From Candidatus Muiribacterium halophilum (GTDB lineage Bacteria; Muiribacteriota; Muiribacteriia; Muiribacteriales; Muiribacteriaceae): 64,000 nucleotides of DNA. Positions 19,994 to 29,251 of this stretch are shown here, piece after piece. The number at the start of each line of letters is the position of its first letter. The first letter of the stretch is position 1. The stretch spans positions 74,732 to 138,731 of the forward strand of contig PKTG01000083.1 of NCBI GenBank assembly GCA_002869225.1, written 5' to 3'. The notes beneath the pieces are model-generated. The model made no database searches, was not told where the DNA came from, and worked only from the letters and a program-made list of their open reading frames with translations. The translations under genes and the position numbers were made by a program.

Positions 19994-22299
19994 CTAAGTC
20001 CGATTCCCTTTTCATTTAGATTTTTCAGTATACTGTCGATTGTCTTATTGATCTGCTTATCGTCAAGAGTCTTATCAGGATGCGAGAACAAAAGTCTGTA
20101 AGTAAGACTGTATTTACCTTCAGGAATATTTTCTCCTATATACTCATCATAAAGATGTACATCTGATATCTCTTTTATATTAAGAGCTTTTATCGTATCT
20201 ATTATAACAGCACTCTCAACCCCTTCAGGAACAAGAAGCGATAGGTCAAATTTCACATCAGGAAATCTAGATACAGTACCGACAACAATGTTTTTCTTTG
20301 CAGGGAAAGCTTCAGGATATATCTCTGCATAATAGACATCAGAATAATACTTAGATCCAAGAGATGGATGTATTTTACCTATAACGCCGATATTTTTTCC
20401 GGAGCATCTTATTTTTGCAGCAATACCAGGGTGTAAATATTCAGGAAGATCCTCAGAAACAAATTCAAGTTCATAACCCGAAAGAAGTCTTTCAATTATC
20501 CCTTTTAGATAAAGATATGAATAAGGTATCTTATCACCAGGATCTAAAAAAGCAGAACCTGATACAGCAATAGCTATTACTTTCTTTTCCTTATACTCAT
20601 TTTCGTTTTTTAAATAGGTCCTTCCATTCTCAAAATAAGCATGGTCTTCAACCCCACGTTTAGCGTTATATTCAATGGTATTCAACATGTTTTTATACAT
20701 GTTCTGCCTTAAATACCTCATATCCTCATTTAAAGGATTGATACTTTCTATGACGTTATCATCCTGTTTTTCAGAGGTAAGACTTAAGTTCTTTATTTCA
20801 TAAAAACCCATTGCTACCATCTTATCAGTAAGAACAAACATATTCTCCATCTGATTATAATATGGAAGCATCTCCATTATCATACTTTTTTTGGAGATCT
20901 TATCATAACCGTAGAATTTTGCTATCTCTTCAATTATATCTACTGGTATATTCAGGTCTTTTCTACAACTCTCTACCTCATATCTGTTTTGGGAAACTTC
21001 TTTTATTGGCAAACGTGAAATAATGCTTTCCAACTCCTGTTTTTCAACTTTAACACCCAGATAGGAGTTGACTTTTTCAATATCAAAATCTACATATACA
21101 CCTTGATGCTCTTTTGAATAACTATCGATTATCTCATAAAACTCAGCTTCAGGAATATATTTGTTTATAAGATAACTAGCCATTTTCATAGCATACATCG
21201 CCATATTTATATCAGCATCTTTTTCGAATCTCTGGGACGAATCCGTCTTTAATGATATTTTTCTTGATGTACTTTGTATTCTTTTATGATCAAACATAGC
21301 TGATTCAAGAAATATCTCTTTATTGTCATCTTTGATCTCAGATTCCTGTCCACCAATAATCCCCGCTATTGCAACCGTTTCCTTTTCGTTTGCGATCACT
21401 ATATCATCTTTCGATAAACTGTATTCTTTTTCGTTTAATGCTTTGAATTTCTCTCCCTCTGACTTTCTTATAACCACCTTTTTTAATGGAAAGTACCTTG
21501 CATCAAAAGCATGCATAGGATGTCCTGTCTCAAGCATCACATAGTTTGTAACATCAACAAGAAAATCTATCGGTCTCATTCCGCATGCAACGAGACGATT
21601 TTTTATATATTCAGGAGAATCTGTCTTTGATACATTTTTTACATATCTTCCGATATATCTTGGACAATCTTCACTATTTTCGATCTTTATTTCAAACTCT
21701 TTTGATGGTTTCGAGTTTAGATACGGGATTTCTTTTACCTTTAATTTTGTATTAAAATAAACCGAAAGATCACGAGCAATTCCTATAACACCCATGTGAT
21801 CTGGTCTGTTAGCAAAGGTCTCTAATGAATACATATAATCATCAAGACCATAATAATCTCTGAAATGTTCTCCAACTGGCGCACATGCTGGAAGTATCAT
21901 TATTCCATCAGACTTATCCGCTAGACCAAGCTCCTGAAGCGAGCAAAGCATACCAAAGGATTCTTCGCCTCTAAGCTTCGCCTTCTTTATTTTTATACCA
22001 TTGGGAAGATTAGCTCCAACTTTTGCAAGTACTACTGAATCTCCTTCTTTCATATTCTTTGCACCACATACGATCTGATTTGTGTTTTCGGAATCATTCA
22101 CCATACAAAGTGAGAGTTTGTCAGCATCAGGATGTTTTCTTATACTTTCTATTTTACCTACAACAACCTCTTCTAAGGATTTTCCCATATATTGAAAATC
22201 ATCCACCTCAAGACCTATCTTAGGAAAGATATCCTTAAGCTCCAACGGAGAAACAGGTATATCTATAAATTCTTTCAACCAGTTATATGTCAATTTCAT
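19990..22299 (-). CDS. pheT: Phenylalanyl-tRNA synthetase beta subunit
   Basis: 769 aa with an MKLTYNWLKEFI N-terminus and tRNA-binding, B3/4, B5 and FDX-ACB-like regions. It lies downstream of pheS. Confidence 0.95.
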   Translation of the reverse strand: MKLTYNWLKEFIDIPVSPLELKDIFPKIGLEVDDFQYMGKSLEEVVVGKIESIRKHPDADKLSLCMVNDSENTNQIVCGAKNMKEGDSVVLAKVGANLPNGIKIKKAKLRGEESFGMLCSLQELGLADKSDGIMILPACAPVGEHFRDYYGLDDYMYSLETFANRPDHMGVIGIARDLSVYFNTKLKVKEIPYLNSKPSKEFEIKIENSEDCPRYIGRYVKNVSKTDSPEYIKNRLVACGMRPIDFLVDVTNYVMLETGHPMHAFDARYFPLKKVVIRKSEGEKFKALNEKEYSLSKDDIVIANEKETVAIAGIIGGQESEIKDDNKEIFLESAMFDHKRIQSTSRKISLKTDSSQRFEKDADINMAMYAMKMASYLINKYIPEAEFYEIIDSYSKEHQGVYVDFDIEKVNSYLGVKVEKQELESIISRLPIKEVSQNRYEVESCRKDLNIPVDIIEEIAKFYGYDKISKKSMIMEMLPYYNQMENMFVLTDKMVAMGFYEIKNLSLTSEKQDDNVIESINPLNEDMRYLRQNMYKNMLNTIEYNAKRGVEDHAYFENGRTYLKNENEYKEKKVIAIAVSGSAFLDPGDKIPYSYLYLKGIIERLLSGYELEFVSEDLPEYLHPGIAAKIRCSGKNIGVIGKIHPSLGSKYYSDVYYAEIYPEAFPAKKNIVVGTVSRFPDVKFDLSLLVPEGVESAVIIDTIKALNIKEISDVHLYDEYIGENIPEGKYSLTYRLLFSHPDKTLDDKQINKTIDSILKNLNEKGIGLR

Positions 22300-22314
22300 A
22301 TTATATCTTTCTCC

Positions 22315-23355
22315 TTATTCAAAATTTCTCAAAAATCTTTTATCGTTTTCATAAAAGTATCTTATATCATTGACCTGATACTTTATCATAGCTATTCTTT
22401 CTATACCTATTCCAAAAGCATAACCTTTGAACTTCCCGGAATCTATTTCACATTTTTCAAAGACCTGCGGATGAACCATTCCACAACCAAGGACTTCTAT
22501 ATTGCCAGCTCCTTTGCACACTGAACAGTTATCAGAATCTTTTCATCCACATTCAAAACAAGATATGTATACTTCTGCAGAAGGTTCTGTAAAAGGGAAA
22601 AATGAAGGTTGGAAACTAACACTTATGTGTTCTCCAAAATAATCTTTAAGTACATTTATAAGAAGTGATCTAAGATCAGCAAAAGATACATCCTCTGACA
22701 CGTATAAACCTTCGATCTGATGAAATACAGGAGAATGGGTCGCATCGAAATCATCTTTTCTATAGACTCTTCCAGGAGCTATGATCTTGATAGGAGGTTT
22801 TTGCGAAAGCATTGTCCTTACCTGAACTGATGAGGTATGAGTCCTTAGACAATGTTCATCTTTAGTATAGAAAGTGTCCGCTTCATCTCTAGCCGGATGA
22901 TTCTTTGGAATATTGAGTCTATCAAAACAATACTCGTTCATCTCAACTTCAGGTCCTTCTGCTATAGAGAAACCGTAGGTCTTGAAGATCTCTGAAAGGT
23001 CTCTCAAGACTTTTGTTAGTGGATGTACCGCTCCTTTTCTAACGAACTTACCAGGAAAAGTTACATCGATCTTCTCATTTTTAATCTTTCTATTAAGTTC
23101 CTCTTCTTCTAAAAAGGATTTTTTTTCTTCAAATCTTTTTTCAAGTAATTCTTTTAGGTAATTTACCTGCATACCGAAATTTTTCTTTTCCTCATTCGGC
23201 ACATTAACTATCTCTCTTCTAAGTATATTGACCTTTCCATTTTTACCAAAAAGTGAGACTCTAATTTCTTCAAGTTCTGATATATCGGTTATATTACTTA
23301 TGGATTCATCAGATTCTTTCATCTCATTTAAAAGTTTTTCATTCTTTATCTCCAT
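22315..23355 (-). CDS. pheS: Phenylalanyl-tRNA synthetase alpha subunit, interrupted by an in-frame TGA at 22543-22545
   Basis: Track ORFs 22543-23355 and 22315-22521 share one frame: ...[46 protein letters not shown].... In Firmicute-type PheS this region reads C-G-G-x-G-C-x-x-CK..GWIE(I/V)LG, so the TGA aligns to Gly. Confidence 0.9.
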
Positions 23356-24181
23356 TTACTGGCCTCCATCCTTTTTGTCTAATCACTTCATAAGATATAA
23401 TACCTGCAGATACACCAATATTCAATGAATCTATCTTACCAAGAATAGGTATTTTGACCTGCAGATCAGAAAACTCACAAATATCCTCAGGAATGCCATT
23501 AGCTTCATTCCCCATTATTATAGCTATCTTATCCATACTTGAATAATCAGGAGAATCATGTACCTGAGATCTATCACTAAGAGTAGTACTTATTATTTTA
23601 AAACCGTTATCTTTCATCTTTTTAAGGTATTCTCTTATATCATCCGTTTTATATATTGGCATTCTGAAAATAGCACCCATAGTAGATCTGACAGTTTTAG
23701 GGTTATAATGATCTACACTATCTTCGGATACTATTATACCGTCCATAGCAAGAGCATCGGATATTCTGACTACTGTTCCCATATTACCAGGATCCTGAAT
23801 ACCGACTAATACAAAGACAAATGACTTCTTAGCTTCCATTATGTTTTTTTCTTCCCATTTTAGTCTTGAAGGTACAGCAAGTATTCCCTGAGGTGTCTTT
23901 GTCTCGGAAAGTTTATTGAAGATAGCTTCACTGACAAGTAGAAGTCTTTCACCTCTTTGCTGCAGGTCCTCTATAAGTTCTTTTCCACCACTTACTCTAT
24001 AGAGATCTAGAGAATAAACAAAATATGGTATCTCTATGTCAGTCTTTAAAGCTTCTTTAATAGAATTGATACCTTCAATAAGAAACTTACACTTTTCTTC
24101 TCTAGTTCTCTTTTTCTTTAAAGATCTTATAAACCTTATAAGATTGTTTCTGGGGTTTGTTATAGGTCTTATTTTTTCCAT
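23339..24181 (-). CDS. TrmH/SpoU-family RNA 2'-O-methyltransferase (RlmB-like)
   Basis: 280 aa with SpoU motifs (DPGNMGTVVRISDA, IIMGNEANGI, LNIGVSAGII). Confidence 0.85.
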   Translation of the reverse strand: MEKIRPITNPRNNLIRFIRSLKKKRTREEKCKFLIEGINSIKEALKTDIEIPYFVYSLDLYRVSGGKELIEDLQQRGERLLLVSEAIFNKLSETKTPQGILAVPSRLKWEEKNIMEAKKSFVFVLVGIQDPGNMGTVVRISDALAMDGIIVSEDSVDHYNPKTVRSTMGAIFRMPIYKTDDIREYLKKMKDNGFKIISTTLSDRSQVHDSPDYSSMDKIAIIMGNEANGIPEDICEFSDLQVKIPILGKIDSLNIGVSAGIISYEVIRQKGWRPVNGDKE

Positions 24182-26667
24182 TTTTCAATCTTTTCTTTAT
24201 ATTCTTCTGATAATTTCATTGATTCCTCTTTGTTTTTTCCTTCAGCATATATATTAAAATATGGTTTATCAGTATCAGGAATAAGTAGCACCCAACTTTT
24301 TCCTTTTCTGATCTTAACTCCATCTATAAGCTCAAGTTCTTCTCCGCTACAATTAGCCATTATATTTCTCATCACTGTGCCTTTTTCTTCCCACGCACAA
24401 GGGACTCTCTGAAACACTCTATTATCAGCTGGAAGCTCTTTTCTTATTTTACTAAAGGAATATTCTTTGTTTGAAATAAGATTTAGTATTATTGATATAC
24501 TCGCCATTCCATCAAACCATGTCTGGAACTCAGGGAATATAAATCCACCTTCTCCATCAGCTACCAGTTTTACACCTTCCATCTCGGCTACCTGCATCAT
24601 ATTTCTATTATTAAGCTTGGTATAGACGAGATCACATTTATGTTTATCAACTATCTTTCTGATCCTTTCAGAGCTTGATACAGGTACACCAATTGTACAA
24701 CCAGGTCTTGTCTGACATATTATCTCAACAAGTATTGCCTGAGCATCCTCTTTTGAGATTATCGTACCAGTCTCATCAACAAGAAAGACTTTTTCAGCGC
24801 CTGAATCCATCATTATGCCAAAATCAGCTTTTAGACTTCCAGTTATCTCAGCAAGCTGATTATATTCGTTAATAAAATCCTTTGTATTTTTTGTTAGTTT
24901 CTTAGAATCTTCAAAAGCATTCAAAGCTATGACCTCACAGCCATATTCTGAAAGTATCTTAGGAAAGATATTTGAAGCACTTCCGTAAGAATAATCCAAT
25001 ACGATCTTAAGACCAGCCTTGGCTATCGCTTTTGAATCAACAAAGTTCACAAGTCCATCTTTATAATACTCAAGAACTCTATGAGGAAAAGTAAGTTCTC
25101 CTACCTCGTTTACCTCTGATCTCGAGAAATCCTCTCTAAAGAAGTTTCTTTCAATAGCTTTCTGTTTAGATACAGTAAAATCCATTCCTTCGTCATCTAT
25201 AAATTTAACATCAAGAAAGTTAGGATCATAAGGAGACATATGAGTATGTACACCACCCATAATATTTCGAGCATTTATCTGATATCTAAGCACTGGAGCT
25301 GGAAGGTTTCTAAGATCCTGTACATTTACACCGACAGAAAGAAGTCCTGAGATAAAAGCTCTGTTTATCAACCTGGATACACCGTGTCCGTCTCTTGCGG
25401 TAGCCACCATTGAGCCTTTACCAAGAGCTGCTCCCATCGCTGCTCCTACTTTGGTTGCAAATTCAGGAGTTATCTCAAAATTTGCAAGTCCAACAATACC
25501 ATGAGCTGAGAATAACTCTCTATTCCATTTATCTCCCCAAACAAGTGAAGCACCAAGGACTGATCCATCTTCAAGCGTTTTTCCCGGCCACATCTTGACA
25601 CCATGTTTTACTGTAGCACCAGCTCCTACTTTACAATCATCACCGATCACTGCCTCTTCACCAATATAAGCTTCAGCTTTTATCTTTACATTTCTGCACA
25701 CCACGTTTTTCTCAAGATATGCTTCGCTGCCTATAAAACAGTTTTCCCATACAACAGAATGATCGATCTGAGCACCATCTTCAATGACACAATTATCTCC
25801 AATAGTCGAGTTATAAATATATACATTTTTACCTATCTTACAGTTTTTTCCTATTAGTACACCACCCTCAAATCTGCAATCTTCACCTGTAGTAGTGCCT
25901 TCGCCAAGCCATAGGTCTCTTCCTACTACATCTTTTCTATTTCCTGGTATCTTAGCTTGGACAACACCTTTTATAACATCCATATTTGCCACTCTATAAG
26001 CTTTTATATCACCAATATCAAGCCAGTATCCTTTTGCTACATGACCATGGATGTCCTGACCTTCTTTCATAAGTGTAGGGAATAGATCTTTTGAAAAATC
26101 AAAATCAGTTCTTTCAGGAATAAAATCAAGAACCTCTGGTTCAAATATATACATACCAGTGTTTATAGTATCACTGAAGACCTGACCCCATGAGGGTTTT
26201 TCCAAAAATCTTGTTATCTTTCCTTCCTCGTCGGTGATCACGATACCAAAAGCAAGTGGATTTTCTACTCTTGTAAGTATTATAGTAGATTTAGCTTTTT
26301 TATCCTCATGCCATTTAATAGCTTTTTCAAGATCTATATCAGTAAGGACGTCTCCGCTTAGTACCATAAACCTTTCGTTAAGAAATTTTTTTGCCATTCT
26401 TACAGAACCAGCAGTCCCATAATTATCTTTGGTTGTAAGATATTCCATCTTTATTCCAAATTTTGAACCATCTCCAAAATAGTTGATTATCACATCAGGC
26501 TGAAAATAAAGTACTGAGACGATCTCAGTAATACCAATGTCTTTCAGACTGTTTATTATATGCTCCATCATAGGAATATTTACAACCGGCCCCATAGGTT
26601 TAGGCACCCTATTTGTAACAGGTCTTAATCTTGTTCCAAATCCCCCAGCCATAATAACTGCTTTCAT
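24169..26667 (-). CDS. Bifunctional sugar-1-phosphate nucleotidylyltransferase / phosphomannomutase-phosphoglucomutase fusion
   Basis: The likely start is MKAVIMAGGFGTRLRP, with GGGGGAG upstream; the track ORF starts 16 codons earlier. The order is an NTP-transferase domain, left-handed beta-helix hexapeptide repeats, then a PGM/PMM domain. Confidence 0.85.
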   Translation of the reverse strand: MKAVIMAGGFGTRLRPVTNRVPKPMGPVVNIPMMEHIINSLKDIGITEIVSVLYFQPDVIINYFGDGSKFGIKMEYLTTKDNYGTAGSVRMAKKFLNERFMVLSGDVLTDIDLEKAIKWHEDKKAKSTIILTRVENPLAFGIVITDEEGKITRFLEKPSWGQVFSDTINTGMYIFEPEVLDFIPERTDFDFSKDLFPTLMKEGQDIHGHVAKGYWLDIGDIKAYRVANMDVIKGVVQAKIPGNRKDVVGRDLWLGEGTTTGEDCRFEGGVLIGKNCKIGKNVYIYNSTIGDNCVIEDGAQIDHSVVWENCFIGSEAYLEKNVVCRNVKIKAEAYIGEEAVIGDDCKVGAGATVKHGVKMWPGKTLEDGSVLGASLVWGDKWNRELFSAHGIVGLANFEITPEFATKVGAAMGAALGKGSMVATARDGHGVSRLINRAFISGLLSVGVNVQDLRNLPAPVLRYQINARNIMGGVHTHMSPYDPNFLDVKFIDDEGMDFTVSKQKAIERNFFREDFSRSEVNEVGELTFPHRVLEYYKDGLVNFVDSKAIAKAGLKIVLDYSYGSASNIFPKILSEYGCEVIALNAFEDSKKLTKNTKDFINEYNQLAEITGSLKADFGIMMDSGAEKVFLVDETGTIISKEDAQAILVEIICQTRPGCTIGVPVSSSERIRKIVDKHKCDLVYTKLNNRNMMQVAEMEGVKLVADGEGGFIFPEFQTWFDGMASISIILNLISNKEYSFSKIRKELPADNRVFQRVPCAWEEKGTVMRNIMANCSGEELELIDGVKIRKGKSWVLLIPDTDKPYFNIYAEGKNKEESMKLSEEYKEKIEKWKK

Positions 26668-26780
26668 AAAGACTCCCCCTGATTTATTTTTTTTAAAATT
26701 ATAACATAAAATCATTTAAAATTCGATATTTAAAGGTTGTTAGTCATTGAAAAAAATAATAAATCAATATCTTTAAGCAG

Positions 26781-26812
26781 TGTTAAAAAGGGGTCATGTT
26801 AAAAAGGGGTCA
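26781..26812. repeat. Perfect 16 bp tandem direct repeat (TGTTAAAAAGGGGTCA x2)
   Basis: Read directly at 26781-26796 and 26797-26812. The second unit runs into the left arm of the inverted repeat described in the next feature. Confidence 0.9.
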
Positions 26813-27082
26813 GACCTTGTTATTTGTGATTTTCAAAAATCGGCATAAAATATTGAGTTTGAACTTTTCTTGATAAAACTTCTCTTTAGGTGTTATTAAA
26901 ACTTTTCGTCTTTAAGTTTTTAAAAAAGTTTTAAAGATTTTATAAATGTGTAATAATTTTTATTTTTTTAATATTATTTTTATATAAATTCAAACCTTCT
27001 ATAATCGAACAAATATGTTATTATATCGTTTATTTCTTTCATATTACACAACTAATATGTGAGATGACAAGGTCTGACCCCT
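26805..27082. promoter_or_regulatory. AT-rich segment of about 246 bp bounded by perfect 16 bp inverted repeats, immediately upstream of the membrane-protein operon
   Basis: The left arm is AGGGGTCAGACCTTGT (26805-26820). The right arm is ACAAGGTCTGACCCCT (27067-27082). A TATAAT at 27087-27092 lies only 6 nt before the ATG at 27099. The function (invertible switch, operator pair or RNA stem) is not established. Confidence 0.5.
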
Positions 27083-27098
27083 ATGATATAATCTGATT

Positions 27099-28007
27099 AT
27101 GAGGATATCGGCTGCTAAATATCAATTGTTTTTCTTTTTAGGAATATTATTTTTAAACTCTATGGAACTTCTTGCATACAGAGACATTTTTTTCGATCTT
27201 AAATTCTTCCTTTCTGCTACTACTTGGTATATGATCAATTATTTTCTTGTATATTTTCTCTCTGGAAGGCGTTTAGGTTATTATAAATATACAAAATACT
27301 CTTTTTATTTTCTTATTTTTCCTTTATTTGTGAGAATCGGACTTTTTTTTACAGAGAATAAAAGACTTACTTTTATGGTCAACGAAAAGTTATCTTCATT
27401 CTTTGTTCATCTTTTTTCTTTTACTCTAACTTCAGATTTAAACACTCTACTAAAGTTGGAGACAATATTTATAATTATTATAGGTTTTATCTTTTTAAGA
27501 TTTAAATTAAAAAGACCTTTATCAGATAGTATACTTATTCCACTTTCGGTTTACTTCAGTGCATATCTTACCGGCTGGTTTCCACTATTTTTCGATCTAT
27601 TAAGACCTTATAATCCAATATTTATACTGACAGCATCTTTTCCTTTGTGTTTTTTCTTTTTCTTAAGTAAACGTAAGAAAAAATACTTTTTAATCATGTC
27701 ACTTTTAACCGTATTGTTATTGTTAATATTAGATCTTTCAGAACTTTATTCCTTTAATCTTATATTCACACTACCAATTTTCCTTAATCTAATAAATATG
27801 ATGTTTATTTCAGAATTTTTATTGTTAACATTTAATAAAAATAAACTATTCAAGCGGTTTAACGTGGTCTTTCTTTTGATGATAACAAACTTATCAATAG
27901 ATCTAATCATGCTAAGAAAAAGATTTCTGTTATTTTTATTTTTTTATTTATTGATGAGATCGTTCTTAAATAAAAGAACGAAAGGTAATTACATTGACAA
28001 CGCTTGA
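27099..28007 (+). CDS. Polytopic membrane protein, unknown family (paralog of 30119-31093)
   Basis: 302 aa and very hydrophobic. It aligns by eye with the 324 aa product, for example FFTENKRLTFMVNEKLSSFFVHLFSFTLTS against LFHENKELVYIHNDNIIGFIKNFFSFTLHS. Confidence 0.6.
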   Translation: MRISAAKYQLFFFLGILFLNSMELLAYRDIFFDLKFFLSATTWYMINYFLVYFLSGRRLGYYKYTKYSFYFLIFPLFVRIGLFFTENKRLTFMVNEKLSSFFVHLFSFTLTSDLNTLLKLETIFIIIIGFIFLRFKLKRPLSDSILIPLSVYFSAYLTGWFPLFFDLLRPYNPIFILTASFPLCFFFFLSKRKKKYFLIMSLLTVLLLLILDLSELYSFNLIFTLPIFLNLINMMFISEFLLLTFNKNKLFKRFNVVFLLMITNLSIDLIMLRKRFLLFLFFYLLMRSFLNKRTKGNYIDNA

Positions 28008-28644
28008 AGTACCAGTTCCATTTATCAAAATATTAAAACCAACAACTACAATACTTTGGTCAATAGTCTATATACTTATAATAAGAAGAGGATTTAAGGA
28101 TAAGACTTACGGAATGCCCATTTTAGCATGTATTATGAATCTTTCAATGGAATTTAAGTCTCTTTTTATTTTTTCATATGGAACTTTTTTTTATTTAGGA
28201 AACATTGCATGGTTTTTTCTGGATCTTATAATCTTTTATCAAATAATAATCTTTTTCCCAAAAAAGAATAAACTGCTTTTTTATCTATATTTATCATTTG
28301 GTTTGATCTTCTGGTTTTTTATAATCGAAATATCCTTGAAAATCAACAATTGGATTGTTTATTCATCCTTTTTCCAGAATTTTTTAATGTCACTTCTTTT
28401 TATTGATTTTTTAAAAAAGGATGACTTTCCAAAAGGTCAAAGCATTTATATAGGTATATTTAAATTCTTAGGGACTTTTTCTGCTATTGTTTATTTATTT
28501 GCAATAAATCTTTTTCCTACATTTGATCTAATAACTAAATACATTATTTTTTGTATACCCATATGTGATATAATATATGTATATTTTTTTTATAAAAAAA
28601 GAAACAAGGTGAATTTTGACCAATATTTTAACCCTGGTACTTAA
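27994..28644 (+). CDS. PaxB/Pyr4-like integral-membrane terpene cyclase candidate (copy 1)
   Basis: 216 aa, multi-TM, TTG start after AAAGGT. The motif W.IVYILIIRRGFKDKTYGMPILACIMNLSMEF recalls the fungal Pyr4/PaxB signature Y(K/R)DRTYGM..L....N..WEF. The C-terminal CDIIY recalls the (L)DIAY Asp motif. Confidence 0.5.
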   Translation: MTTLEVPVPFIKILKPTTTILWSIVYILIIRRGFKDKTYGMPILACIMNLSMEFKSLFIFSYGTFFYLGNIAWFFLDLIIFYQIIIFFPKKNKLLFYLYLSFGLIFWFFIIEISLKINNWIVYSSFFQNFLMSLLFIDFLKKDDFPKGQSIYIGIFKFLGTFSAIVYLFAINLFPTFDLITKYIIFCIPICDIIYVYFFYKKRNKVNFDQYFNPGT

Positions 28645-29251
28645 AACCATACCTACAATCTCATGGACTATTGCATATATCCTTATAATAATAAAAGGGT
28701 TTAAAGATAAGACCTATGGAATGCCCATTTTAGCATGTCTTATGAATCTTTCAATGGAGTTTCATACTTTTTTCAACTTTTCATACGATAGTTTTTATTA
28801 TTTAGGTAATATTATCTGGTTTTTACTTGATCTTATAATACTGTATCAAATAATAAGATTTTATCCTGTCAAAAATAAAGTGCAGTTTTATAGTTTAGGT
28901 ATAATCGGGTTTATAATTTGGTCTGTAGTAATACAGATCTCACTCATTATACAGAGCTGGATAATTTTTTCAGCTTTTTTTCAAAATCTTATAATGTCAC
29001 TTCTGTTTATTGATTTTTTAAAAAGGGATGACTTTCCAAAAGGTCAAAGTCTTTACATAGCTTTGTTTAGAATTATTGGAACTACTTCAGCTGTCTTTGT
29101 AATCTTAACAAAGGATATCTTTCAAATCCTCGATCTAACAACAAAAATCCTTCTTCTTTGTATTCCAATATGTGATATAATATATATGTATCTTTTCACA
29201 ATAAAAAAACGAAAATATAAGGTGTGTTTTGAAAAAAAGATTAATATTTAA
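28616..29251 (+). CDS. PaxB/Pyr4-like integral-membrane terpene cyclase candidate (copy 2, tandem paralog)
   Basis: 211 aa, TTG start after AAGGTG. It carries ISWTIAYILIIIKGFKDKTYGMPILACLMNLSMEF and ...CIPICDIIYMY, and it is clearly paralogous to 27994-28644. Confidence 0.5.
   Translation: MTNILTLVLKTIPTISWTIAYILIIIKGFKDKTYGMPILACLMNLSMEFHTFFNFSYDSFYYLGNIIWFLLDLIILYQIIRFYPVKNKVQFYSLGIIGFIIWSVVIQISLIIQSWIIFSAFFQNLIMSLLFIDFLKRDDFPKGQSLYIALFRIIGTTSAVFVILTKDIFQILDLTTKILLLCIPICDIIYMYLFTIKKRKYKVCFEKKINI

Noticed and set aside
2762-22545. A simple genome-wide UGA=Gly reassignment (genetic code 25) as the explanation for the interrupted genes
   Set aside because: TGA also seems to act as a genuine terminator at gene ends with sensible C-termini and downstream RBS/start signals (340-342, 8885-8887, 16887-16889, 50829-50831). 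TGA is very rare inside genes. Seven of the nine interruptions are TAA or TAG, which code 25 does not explain.
26781-26812. The tandem 16 bp repeat as a CRISPR array
   Set aside because: It has only two directly abutting units with no spacers, and no cas genes are in the window.
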